Of a DNA stretch of 64,000 nt, positions 14,253-28,781 are shown piece by piece (within the stretch, counting starts at the first letter, position 1; every line of letters starts with the position of its first letter). The position numbers and the translations under genes are program-made. The DNA comes from Massalongia carnosa (lineage: Eukaryota). The stretch lies in NCBI GenBank assembly GCA_965645245.1, contig OZ287068.1, positions 1,302,001 through 1,366,000 on the forward strand, written 5' to 3'. Under the pieces are notes generated by a model. It saw nothing but the letters and a program-made list of their open reading frames with translations, was not told the DNA's origin and ran no database searches.

Positions 14253-15296
14253 GGCTATTTCATCGAAAGACTTCAACTAGAATTTGTAAATAGAGTTTCT
14301 GAGCTGAGGGATAAACTGATTGCACTTCGCATAGAAATCGAGAACTGACTTAACGAAAATAACAAGACGTATGTAAAATTGCTCTATACATTATAAACAT
14401 GAATAAACGTTTTAAAATTTATAACGGAAAATCAATACGATTCCTGGTGCATAAATATAAATTCCCCACACCAAACATTACAAATCTTCAAGACCAAAGG
14501 GTTGAGTTTAAGACATCTTTTACGTGATGGACGAAGTATGCTTCACGCATCGTCACGAATTCTTTTCAGGGTTGTGTCTTCCGTAAATGCTTTCTAAGCG
14601 AGGTACAAGGTCGCAGTGCGGCTCCTGTAGGTTTCCTGTATGCCTCAAAACCTTAGTTGAAGAGCTTTTTTATATGCAACGTGGTCTTGAAACCAAAATT
14701 TGCAAAGTCTTTTTTCGGAAGCAGTTGCGATCGAGTCATAGCATCTAGGAAACTGGATTAGCACTGTGTTGGGATCTCATTGAGAGTCTAGTACCAGGAG
14801 ATTTGGGTCAGGGCTTGACAGAGGTAGGAAAACCTGGTTGACGGTTTCAATAACCTGGGCATCAAATCCCCATAGAAACATCCAACTAACATAGTATACC
14901 AGGAAGATGTCAAACTCTGTTCTTGGAAAGAGCGCTGTGTGACCAGAACAAAACCCATGTCTCTAGAGTTGAAGAAATCCAGCCTTACGTAATACATGAT
15001 AAGAGGATTGACTTTGCAGTTTACATGGAACAACCCTCTGGATGGAGCAGTACCGGCACTTGAGACGCCAAAAGGCTGCAAGGGATTCGTCTGACAGCAG
15101 GCTCATCATTTTAGGGCTGCTGCACCGCAACGCAGGCAACTGTGACTGGAAAGTAGGTAAACTAGTTGCCACATCATCAGGACTCGGAGAACCATTTGCC
15201 AAAACGGGAGATGTCGTGATCGCTTGGAGCGCATGTAGCTTTGTCGAGTCTTGGACTGTTCCCAAGGCGTGGAGAAAGAAAGCAAGAAAAAGCTAG
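14253..15296 (+). pseudogene. Possible decayed coding relic of unknown family
   Basis: A branch/acceptor-like CTTAC...TAG precedes a protein-like frame GYFIERLQLEFVNRVSELRDKLIALRIEIEN*LNENNKTYVKLLYTL*T*, and further broken frames follow. AT-rich; no family recognised. Confidence 0.25.
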
Positions 15297-16160
15297 TTAC
15301 TCCGTTGACGAGACCATGAGATTTCCTTAGTAAGAAAGGGCCAAAGGGAAGCAGCGGCCATTTAAGTTTGCTGCCGCATACCTACCTAGGTAAGGCTAGT
15401 TTTTGATCATTTGATAGCAGGCCTGTAGGTAGAAAGGGGCATCACAGGACAACAAGGGCTGCAGGTGGCAACTATGTTTGACCACATGAGTGGTGGGACT
15501 CGGACTTCCTTCGAACTGACGAAGCCATTGACTTTTTTGAAATTCAATAGTGTTTTTGATCACCACTTCTGTTATCGTGATGGGATACCTATTTTGCCCC
15601 GTCACCGTGAAGACCGAAGGGATCGACAAGTAGTATGTAAGCTAGAACCGCCAAACGGCCAAAGTTTCATGCCGCCAAGCGAGATATCCAATTTTAAGGG
15701 GATAGGAGTTTTTTCATTCATCTGCGCAAAGGATGCACGGACAAGAAGAGCCGCACTTTTTTATTCACCAAGTTTGACTAGGCACTCTGTAACTGCGCAA
15801 ACAGCATACAGAGTACAATACAAACGGATACAGGGTAAGATAATTAGTCACATGATACACCGGAGAAAGTACACAACCGAAGTCCCTAGCTAAGCCTAGA
15901 GCTGACCTATTTGGGTTAAGTTTCGCTAAGGACAGACCCGTAAATCGCGGCTTAGGGCTCACACCGCCAAGCCCCAAACTCTTTTAAAACTTCAACAATT
16001 AAACTTCGACACAAGTTGGGCACGAGTTGGGTGGTAGAAGGGAGTGCTTGTGGCGAATATGGTGTTATTCAATTCGGGCCTCATCGAGTCCTCTATAACC
16101 ACCACCACCATCACCCCCACCTCCCTCTTTCGTTCGTCAGATACCTAGGAAATGGCGATT

Positions 16161-16208
16161 GTTGGCGAGTTGGCACATTGGCACATTGGCAAATTGGCAA
16201 ATTGGCAA
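16161..16208. promoter_or_regulatory. Tandem 8-bp repeat containing four CCAAT boxes (minus strand)
   Basis: GTTGGCGA GTTGGCAC ATTGGCAC ATTGGCAA ATTGGCAA ATTGGCAA, with ATTGG at 16177, 16185, 16193 and 16201. Confidence 0.45.
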
Positions 16209-17642
16209 GCTTTCATGCCGGCTGCCGAGCCTCCCGGAAGATCAATCATCTAAAAGAACTTTGCCTTGATGTCTGACGGGATATGGGCTACCGACGCCAT
16301 TCGATCCCTTTGCGCTCGGTCGTTTGCCTGGTTCTAACCTCCTCATGCTGTATCGCATGCAGCATCGGCAAACGAGGGTAAGGTTTCGCTAGAGCCTTCT
16401 CCGGACTGGAGAACGCTTGTAGTGGATGTGGCACACCGCCATTGGCTTAACACGTGCATGAACTCTGAACTGCCACCACCCGCTGCTGCAACTCCCTCGA
16501 ACGAGGATCAACGCGCATGAGAAGACAACATAGAGCACCTGTCACGCCGCACGTGGAGAAGCTGGGGCGCAAAGGAATTCCTTAATTCAGCGTCACCAGG
16601 GCTCAAATACAGGGCACACGGCCGAAACGTCCACCCAATTGTGCCCTTTCAATAGCCCTTTTTACACTCGGTACTGCACCCCGTCTTTGCCTAAGGGTTT
16701 GCGACCAACCCTGAAAATCATACTATCGTGATTTGACTTTTTTCACTGCTGCCGGCCACAGAACATGTTGAAACGTGGGAGAGCTAAGCACGGAGAATTT
16801 TGCGGGTGTTGCATGATTGATACTGGGGGCCATTTGCTGGGATGACATACCCACCAACTCCATGACGCTTGACCTTTGCGTTGCATCCTGTCATAGCGAG
16901 AGCGCTGCGAGCTTTCATTTGGAAGCGTTTAATCATTTGATGCGTGAAGGGAGATGAAAAGTGCGCAAGGGATGAAAAGTCAAATGGGAGAGCAAGTCTA
17001 AATTTCTCCTAGCTTTCCCCCTAACAGCCGTCTTTGCAGACTTTGACTTCAAGTCAAGAAGGCCGGAATTAGGCCTGAATTCCGATCCCATGTCTGGCTC
17101 CAATGCTCCCTGCTGGATGGAGCGATTTGCTCGATTCACTGAAGAACTTAGGGGTAAGCTGAGGATGATTAGAATTTCTCATGCTGGATCTTCCTGAATG
17201 GGAAATTACGTGCGGCATGGTGTAACGTTATTCCTTTGGTCATTGTATCATTGTCGTCTCTTCTCCTGCTAGTACCTTTTCTAGCATGGCACTAAATTTT
17301 ATGTTGGGACTCTGCGGTTGATTCGTTCGTTCGGCACTGTCAAGTTTTGATAGGTATAGGCATGTTTCCTAGAGGCTATTTGATATGCAGCTAAGTGACC
17401 ACAAGCACCAATTCCAGTCTTCTGGTTTTCAAAGCCTTTTTGACCCTTGCCTTCTAACCTGCATCAAAACCTTCTTACGCGAAAAGCTGACAGGTGCAAG
17501 TGCCGAACTAGCGCTTATAGATACTCCTTGTTGATGGATGCCGATATTATATATCTATCTCGCTCGCCGCATTCTATATTGATCACTTGAAGATTCATTA
17601 CACCTCCCCACTTCCAAGAGTATCTAGCTACACTGTTTACCA

Positions 17643-17975
17643 ATGCCAATGCTTTACAGCACCATGGGCAGCACTTCGCCAGATCGCATCTTGCCTGACC
17701 AGCTTACCGTGGCAAGGGCACTCGAAATAATCAGGACCAACGACGATGGCCAAGTTCATCCATCTGTCAACGCGGTGCTCGAACGAGCTCTTGGGGAGAT
17801 TTGGTACCGCGTGCAAACACAGCCAACTTATGTGATGACCAAAGACGATTTCACCATCTTCAATCGGTATCGAGCACGGTTCAGTACCAATCGCTTAGCG
17901 CAACAAGCTGTGGCGCGATTTTGGAATCATTTCCAAGGGGACCCTTCTGAAGTCGATGGACGACGTGTATCTTGA
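17643..17975 (+). CDS. Small (110 aa) intronless hypothetical protein resembling a conserved Pezizomycotina family
   Basis: Clean ATG-to-TGA ORF with TATA-like sequence upstream (~17547-17580) and globular composition. The segment EIWYRVQTQPTYVMTKDDFTIFNRYRARF...AVARFWN resembles fungal hypothetical proteins (from memory, unverified). Confidence 0.7.
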   Translation: MPMLYSTMGSTSPDRILPDQLTVARALEIIRTNDDGQVHPSVNAVLERALGEIWYRVQTQPTYVMTKDDFTIFNRYRARFSTNRLAQQAVARFWNHFQGDPSEVDGRRVS

Positions 17976-19636
17976 AGTAGTGCCTATCTCAACGCTTTGC
18001 GGTGTCGCCCATTAATATCTTATTCCCCGATCCGTCTATAACCTATTGCTAAAGTATATTACGAAACAACATTTTGAGCTACGGACTTCCTGCTGATGTC
18101 CTCTTTTGTGTGAGCGACTGCTCCAGGGTTCATCTCCGATTATTGGTATCACCACCCATGTGGATGAATCGCTAAGGCTCTCAAATCACTCAAGATGAGA
18201 TACTCTAGTATGTTTGAGCTCATGCAAGAATTCCAGGTGGCTCGAAGGCTGCATTTATATAACCTTGTTTAGTCGATTTTGGGGATGTTTCTGTTTATTG
18301 GTTCGAGAGCCGCATATGAATTACGGTTCCTCGCTCTCTGAGTTCTGACCGGGATCTTCTAGGATCACATCCACAGATCCATGAGTTTGGGTGGCGTTAC
18401 AGCAATGTCACCTTAGACCTGGACTCTTTTGCATTGGCCACGTTTTCCCCCACACTTCCAGCAAGGAGGTGTTCTAAATGCTTGTTCCCGTTCCCATTCC
18501 CATTAATGGCACAAACCTTTACTATGTCATCGATTGAGTCCACAAGACAAGGTATACGAAGATCAGCGTTTCCACTATAGGAACAGAATCGATCAGTCTA
18601 CAATTTCTTCCAAACTTCCAGATAGTCATGCTATTTACAGCCATAGCTCTTATGTCACATTTTAAATCACTCTGGATGGCTCAATACCGGATTGCTCAAT
18701 AGTGGTCAGTATTTGTATCCAGCATGGCGGATTTGGCGATACACTTTTCACCAAAGGATTTCGAGAGGAAGCAAGCGCAGATTTCCTCACCCTTATTTCG
18801 TCTCTGGGGCTTCTAACCGAATTGAATCTACAAAGTCTGGTATCAAATGATGGAATGAGAATGGCCAAGACTGGGTTTCGGGGGGTTTCCGGTATCATGT
18901 GCAGATTCGAGAATTGAACGTTTTCATCCACGATCTCCAGGTATATTCACATTTTCGTGTTCGGATGATCCTTTTGGCTTCTTAATACCTCTCGATCCTC
19001 TTGACGCTTACACCACCACCCGAATGGACCAAGCACGGTTATTTTCTCATTCCCACGTCCATCAATTAATGAAGGTTTAATTGAGGAACGATTATGCGTG
19101 GCCACCTCCATCTGCCTACGTGCTTCTTTCAAGATCTCGATCTCGCATGTGATGAGATCCCCAGTAGCCAATCAGAGCCCGAGGTCTGACCAGATACAAC
19201 CATCTTGAACACTATAGAAGGATAGCCGTTCATGGCAATCAATTGCTTACATGTACGCAAGCCATCGCCTGTCTATTTAAGGAACTGGAATGCGACTCAG
19301 CGGAAGTGAGACATCATGAGATACGAACCATCCGGAGCATCAGAGAGACCGTTTTCATTTGCTCAATTAGCCCTTTCATTCTGCTGTATGTCAAGTACTA
19401 CGATTTGTGTGGCTCGCAAGGAAGCCTGGGTATGTAAGGTATAAAATGCCAAGGGAATGCCCCCTTCCGCGTTTGCCACAGCATTCCTTTACGCGTAAGG
19501 AATGTTAGATACCAAAGCGATTTATAAGACCAATGTTTATCCTCATGAGAACGCGCTCTCACTTTGTCTGCTCCGAGATTGCCGTCTTCAAACTCACCCC
19601 TTATTTTTGAACATTCGGTGCCGTAACATTCACAAC

Positions 19637-21120
19637 ATGTATAGAAAAACAGATATTCTAAAATGGGTCTTTGCGTTGTGTGTTTTGCTTTTGGCTACGC
19701 AATTCGTGAATGGAGCTCGAGACCCTCCTCTACTGGGAAGAAAGGGTGCTATGCCAATGCGCCGTCAGACATGCGATCCAGCGAACCCACATGTTGACGA
19801 AACCCAGGTAGTTTTCTTTATAGAAAGATAAAGGTCAAACTAGCGCTTATTCTTGAAGGTCTTCAACGACACCTGCAATGCGAATCCGCAGAACGACTAC
19901 TGGACATGCTACAATCAGTTGTACGCAACAACTGATCCAGTCTTTCCGACGCCCACTGACCGATTGCCAGGACTGTGTATGCTCAAGAATCAGCACGTAA
20001 CGTCTGTGCGCGCCTTTACGCCACCTACAACAGCTGCCTGGTTTTAAACAATTATGACAACGTGCCATGCTCCGACGACCGACTCGGCTATGTCAACTGC
20101 TCAAACTCGACGTATAGTACTCCCTTTTCCCAAACCCGGCTGCCTATGCTGACTTCAACGTCCATAAGCATGCAAGCCTACGCCTATTGCGCTTGTTACT
20201 ATCAAATTCCGCAAGACATTTACGAATGCGCCAACGTAATCCTCGAAGTCCGGCCGTCAAGCGCCATTCGCACTTCCACAATCCCTACCTCCAGCATCCC
20301 CAGCACGAGTGCCGTCCTCACCGCACCCATTCTCCCCTCCAGTGCGACTACCACTGTGAATCTAGACGGCCTCATCACTCTTGGCCCAAATGGTCTTGCG
20401 TCGCCTACGGATTCCCCATCCACCAAGGCTCTCCTCATCACCACTCCGCCTTTTCCCCCTCTTATCCCAGCCGAGTCTAGCTCCACGCCTACCCTTATCA
20501 AAACCGCCGCCCCCATCAGCTTACTCTCGGTAGATATTGGGTCCCCGCCGACCCTAATCGCCACTCCTCCAGCCAATCCGCTCATTACTCCCGGAACAGG
20601 CCGACCCCTCCCTACCCTGAACTCGGACGTCATCACCCTCCCTTCCACCCTAAGCGACATTCTCTCCTCCATCCCAACCCCCGATTCCACCACCAGCACC
20701 ACCATTACTCACTATTCGACCACCATCGCCACCTTCACCGCCACCATCACCTCCTGCCCCCCCGGAATCACGGAATGCCCCACGGTGTATTCCACGTACA
20801 CGAGCGTGATCGCCAGTGCGGTTGCCAGGGAGGAAGGGTGTCCAGTTGCAAGGAGGCTTGTGAGGCGGATGGCGGTGTGACACGGCGGCGAATGAAATCG
20901 CTGACAAATGCAGGAGGGTAGGGTTCGGGACATTCCGCGCGCGGTGGCAGCGATATCGGTGGCGCGGGAGGCCGGTCGGGCAGATGCCGTTCTGGCATGG
21001 GCTGAAGGCTTGTCGCTTCGGTTCTGGGTGTGGGTGTGGGTTTTTCTGCTTCTTTTCGCAGGCTTTCTAGGCAAGGAGAGGTGGGAAAGGCGGCTCGTGG
21101 AACGAGATCGCGTTTTGTGA
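19637..21120 (+). CDS. Secreted or cell-surface protein: signal peptide, Cys-rich domain, Ser/Thr/Pro-rich stalk, C-terminal hydrophobic anchor
   Basis: Introns ~19808-19858, 19921-19970, 20112-20168 and ~20860-20913 join the ORF pieces in frame. The N-domain has about 10 Cys, followed by a mucin-like region and C-terminal FWVWVWVFLLLFAGFLG. Confidence 0.75.
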
Positions 21121-21961
21121 AGTCCCGTTTGATCGTTCGCTCCATTTTCCCTCGCAGCTGCTGCGAGCGACTGTTTTTTTTTCACATGCTGGGGAAATGG
21201 AATTCACCATAGAACGTCGCCGAGCTATTGTTGTTCCTTTTCCGTTCTCTCTTATTTTTCTTCGATTTCTTGGGAGACTAGCGGCTGGTTCGGGGGGTTT
21301 ACGGGTACATAATAATAAAATGTCGTGTGGCGTGAAGCGCGGAACTGGGAAAGAAAACCATAATCCCTCCCCCTTCCTTATTCGCTTACATACGACGAAC
21401 CCCTTCCCTTCCATCTTCCATTCCTTTCCTATCCTATCCCTATCCCTATCTACCTCCCCCTCTTCTCCTACTTCTTCTTTGTCTAGCCTGAAACGAAAAC
21501 AAAAACAATAACAATAACGGAGACAAACCATGCAAGGTAAGTAAGTGTAATCGGCGAACCCCCCCACCCCACTCTACTCCTACCTACATACCCCTACCTA
21601 TCCCGTTTTTCATCCACGTGGGTTTTTTCTCTCGTTGTTATTAACTAGTTCTCTGAGATAGAGAGAGAGAGAAAGGGGGGGGGGTGATGATAGATAGGGA
21701 TTCTGGGGTTTGGGTTGTTTGTATGTATCTAGAGGCGGAGAGAGAAATAATCAGGATAGGGAAATTGGACGCGTTCGGAAACAGGGAAAGTTGAGAAGTG
21801 AAATGATGCAAATGATTGTCATGCGCAATGGCTTTCTTTTCCATTCAGATAAACTGCGAAATGCTTACCTGCTAAATCAATGCAGTCATGATTGTTTTTG
21901 CGATATGCATGTTATTTATTAACAAACGCTTCTCGTCTCCAGTAAAATACTCCAACCCCCC

Positions 21962-24136
<2,175 letters not shown>

Positions 24137-25027
24137 CTTGGCAGCGCAGAAACAAGTGTCAGTGAATCGAAAGGAAAGACTTGGGGTAGAATAGAGGCAT
24201 AGGCTTTGATATAAAAAATTATGCCAGCAGCAAACACGGGAGAAAAGAGAGAAAAGAGAGGAAAGAGAGAAACATTGAAGCCGAGGATACAGCTTCACGG
24301 AGCACATACGTTCGGAAGCATATCACCTCGGATATCGCTTCGGACATGTTTGTAGAATCATGCTATCATCACGGGTAACTGTCGTCGCAAGACGACGAAC
24401 TGCAGCAGGTGCTAGGGCAGGTGCTAGAGGAGGCTCTGGCTTACAAGTACAAGTAGGGTACAAATGACGCAACGTGGGTCGGTGAAGGCATACGAAATAG
24501 GAACATGCACGCAGTGGGAAGTATGTGTATGAAATGGCCGCATTGCCGACGGCGAGATGATGGGAAAGGAAAGGTCGGAAGGTGAACGGGTCGATTGCTT
24601 GACAATGACGCATTCACGTGATTTCAACGTTTCGAGAACACCTGACGTCGCTCGACTAACTAGGCCTAGTTATCGGGTTTGTCAGGAATCTTTGCCTTGT
24701 TTGAACTCTCAATCGATCGTACGGCTTTCTTCAAGGATATTGAACGACAACGGATGAAAAAGAAGCTGAGAGCGAGAATATATAGCATCAGCATGATGCA
24801 TGGAAGAGCTGAACTCCGCAGACCTGGGAAGTGCGATTGTTTTGCCGGCGAAGCATATACATGATGGTTTAGTCTGATCATTGAAACATCTGAACTAGAA
24901 AGTATCTTTCCCACGTGACAGGCCGCATAATCGAAAGTGAGAGGACAAACCCCGCTAACTCTGTTGGGTCTCTTCGCCGCATCTTCCTTTCTTCCATCCT
25001 AGAACCATATTTTACAAGAGACTTCAG

Positions 25028-25067
25028 CTTCTTCTTCTCCTTCTTCGCCTTCTTCTTCTTCTTCTTC
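25028..25067. repeat. Imperfect (CTT)n microsatellite
   Basis: cttcttcttctccttcttcgccttcttcttcttcttcttc. Confidence 0.8.
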
Positions 25068-25772
25068 AGGATAGGCTTAGCGAAAATGGCGCTGGGGGAT
25101 TCTAAAGGGATTGTAGAGGATCTATGGAGGTCTTCCCGTTGGCTTCCAGCTTATATATGTTCATCAGATATGGATTGTTATGAAACCCTCAAGTCTGGCC
25201 TGATGATCCAAGCGAAGAAACTAATCACTGGTTATGCTATTTCATAAATTCATTCCGCGTGTTGCCTATGTCACCCCGTAATTCGCGGGCTCCATCGTGT
25301 CAGCTGAACATATACATAATTTCTATCTATGTTTGGGCAACTCTCCCCTCGCTGCTGCCCTGCTGGCGCTCAGTTTTGCTGAGGGCCCCTCCTATAATGG
25401 CTTTGTTTTGGCAGCAGTGAGGGGAAAAACTCCATCTACCTATGCGGCTGATTCAGGGAGTGGGTGGGTGGGCAAAAGACCTTTTGGTGCTGAACTCCGA
25501 ATCAATGGTGATGATGAGGAGAAGAGTGCCAAAAGGCCACCTATTTATGCCCTTTCTCTCCCTTGCTTGTCCAACTATTTTGGAAATCCTCCTCCTTTGT
25601 CCTTTGCCCTTCGTCGGCTGTTCGCGGCCTGCCTCCACTCGGTCCCGGCATTACCTTTCGCCTTAGCCGAATTACTATAATCATGTCTTTTGGTCTTTAA
25701 ATTTTGTACTAATCGTCAGCCGGTATCGTTACCATTTCCGTCAATTAACGTCCCTCCTTATTGCTTTCTTCT

Positions 25773-27428
25773 TCAGCGCTTCAAATTCTCATGGTCTGCA
25801 GCTGCACCTCTTGGACTCCTCTGAGGGGTCCTCTCCCCATTACCTTCTCTCTCACCAGTGAGCAATCCCGTCTCTTCATCTTCTCTGCCCTCTGCTACTT
25901 TCATTCCGGCTTTGGGTTGGTTATTCCGAATAGCGACATACAGCGCGCTCCCTAAGATAAGGCTGCTTCCGATAAGGCTCAAAATGCTTGGGGTAGTATT
26001 CCACATAATCTTGTCGAATGCTATAGCAAACAACATCTGCGTATAAACCATATTAGTAGCCCTCGAGCTCCTTTCATGCTGCAAGCCTGCTGTAAGAAGC
26101 AATTGCATGGCGAAGCCACAGATGCCAAGGAAAAGAAGCAGGCCCCATTCTCTCGGATTGGAAGGTAATTTGAAAGTAATGTTTGGAATGACCAAGAGAG
26201 CCACCATGCTGACCAAAGTAGTCCAAGCTGCGAAATAATTCACCGATATAAGAGGATGAGCACGTTTTCCAATCCAGCGAATTGACGTGTAGGCAGTGGC
26301 AGCACCGAATACACCCAATATAGAAGCACCGACTGCGCCAAGACGTTGGGCTGGCGTAACATGGATCAATCCTCCAACTTCAGCCGGAGTGGTCGCGTTC
26401 AACAAGGGAACGCCATCGCCAGCCCCGCTACCAACGACGGGAGTCGAACTTGAGTGGTTTGGGAAAAATGACAATGGACGAGCAATTAGGATAACCCCTA
26501 TCAAAGATATGACGCCTGCGAACTGCTCTTTACGTGTAAAAGGTTCGTGCAGAAATATGGAGCACACCCAGCAAGCAACAATAGGGGCCAAAAAGGTTAT
26601 GACTGTCGCTTCTGCAAGGGGAAGGTATTGAAGCGCATCTGCATATCCATGTTATTGGGGTTGTTGTACCAATCATGCGAGCGTCGTTGGACCTACAATA
26701 TAGACCCCACACTACGATTTCGTTAGCTTCCCGTTAAGACTCTCTGTTCGAAGCAGTCCAGAGCTCACCTCCAAAAAACCCGCCAAACCCTCGGAGAAAG
26801 AGTAGTGTGCGGACTTCCTTGTTACCAAAAGGGAAGTGCTCAACATGGGCCCACCACATGTAGGCGCTGCTCAAGACTACAGTGATCCCCATTCGAGCAA
26901 ACAGAATCTACATCCACAACAATCAGTCAACATTTTGGGTACTGGGAATACATGTAGATACGCATGACCGACTTGAAGCGTATGCATGCCGTGCCCGTTT
27001 TGCTCTGTTTCCAACATCCTTGTGAATGCGTTCATTAGAGCGCCAAAGAACTGCGACACCATCACCAACGTCATCCCCTTGTTGCGACCCCAGAAAGCAT
27101 GACACCAGCTCTTGTATGTCCGCGTCGGCGGTGGAGAGATCGAAGATATGCGGCTTCCATCACTGCCACATTCACGTCTCTCGTTCGCATTGTCCGCGGG
27201 GTATGTGGAAGTGACGGAGATCGTATCGGAGGAGTGTGCGAATGTAGACTGTAGCGGCGTGGATAGGAATGGACTGTCATCACTTTCTTCAGCGGGGAGT
27301 TTTTCCCCGCCGAAGATGGAGGCTTTCAACCCCGCCGCATTGCCTGTTTTACTTTTATCACCCTCCGAATCTGGCTTCAGCAAAGAGAAGGACATTGGTG
27401 GGCCAAGAGCAACCGATATTCCATGCAC
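25773..27428 (-). CDS. EamA/DMT-superfamily membrane transporter (YMR253C-like)
   Basis: Spliced frame MHTLQ/ILFARMGIT...LRGFGGFFG/VWGLY/YALQYLPLAEATVITFLAP, including a 15-nt micro-exon; second repeat YTSIRWIGKRAHPLISVNYF...MVYTQMLFA. About 10 transmembrane segments. Confidence 0.88.
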
Positions 27429-28781
27429 ATGATAGAGCTATGCATTTGATGAACTCTACTCCAGGATAAATGGTTGAGAATCGCCAGCTCATACACGTAA
27501 TCCCCCTCCACACCGCATCCTAGGTATCAAGGTCTCTCTTGCGCCATTGAGCGGCTCATGAGGAATATTGAAATCCCGACCCCGATGATTGGACGGACCA
27601 TGACTCGATGTCACGTGACGGCTATTTAAAATTCTCCTTTTATCGGCTACACAGGACAAAGTGTACATACAGGGAGCAGGGAACAACAGGGTATAGGGTA
27701 TAGGGTACAGGGTACATGGTTCGTAACTAAGTAGATGTAAGTAACGAAGTACAGAGGAAGTTCGAGCTATAGTAAGTTAGCAGGGAGCGAATCCCCGCTT
27801 TTCCTTCGGCACGGGACTCGGTCTCACTTTGTGCAGCGATGGAACGGACAACGGCAATGCGATTACCGATACTCCGTACTCTGTACAGTGTCTGCTTGAC
27901 CTCCTCCTTATCCCTACCAGTCCAACAACAACGCTCAAATCCCAATCCAAAAAAAACCCCCCAGAACAACTTGATTAGTCATGTTTCAAGTTCTCTATCG
28001 AGCAGCAAGAAGAAGGCCAAAATGTGGCCGCATGAGGCGCTTGGATCGGCGTGGTCAATGCCTCAAAAGCTCAATCTAAATGCAGGCTAATGAAATTGGT
28101 TGCTCGGATACGCCACAGCACATCCTTGCACATCTTTATGGTTTCGGGGTCAAAGAGCAACGGGAAAGATGTGATGGTGTTCATTCATTTACTCCTGAAG
28201 ATGCTGGATGCTAGAAATCGGCATTTGCAGCTCATGACGAAGTGCGACTGCAGCCTGGCGACGTGTGAAAGCTCCCGTCCTTCCTGTTCTCTGCCTTATT
28301 CAATGGCATTCCGGTGAGAGTAAAAATGTGATTGGGTGATTGGCTTTTGGCCTCGACGACAAATCGCCTATCCTCTCTCCCAGTCAACAGATTGATCCGC
28401 GTCCGTCTGCGCTAGGCCTCATTCCTTTTCATATCGTCCGCGCGTATAGTCGTCGCGAGCCTTCCGCTCTTTGCAGAGTACGATGGCGCAACAGAAAGGA
28501 CCCCCGGGCAGGAGATGTCTTCCGCCGTTTCGGGAGGGGAATCGACCGCAATTTCCCCATGCCCCTGGAATAAATAAATGTCGTCGCGGCTGAATGACCA
28601 AGCTCAGTCCCTTCCGTGTTGTAATAGGTGTTGCGCGGTGTGCTCGCTATAAGTACTCAGGATCTTCCACGCGGCTTCTGGATTCATAATAAAGCCAGCC
28701 TCTCAAGTCACTCTTTTACTTTAGCATTATCGTTCGTTACCGGTGTGCTTTCATAGTCACTCTTTTCGCCAACACGGCAAC

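Noticed and set aside
24298..24345. AmyR site (CGGN8CGG) upstream of the glucoamylase
   Set aside because: The CGG pairs I found do not have 8-nt spacing; the best has 9.
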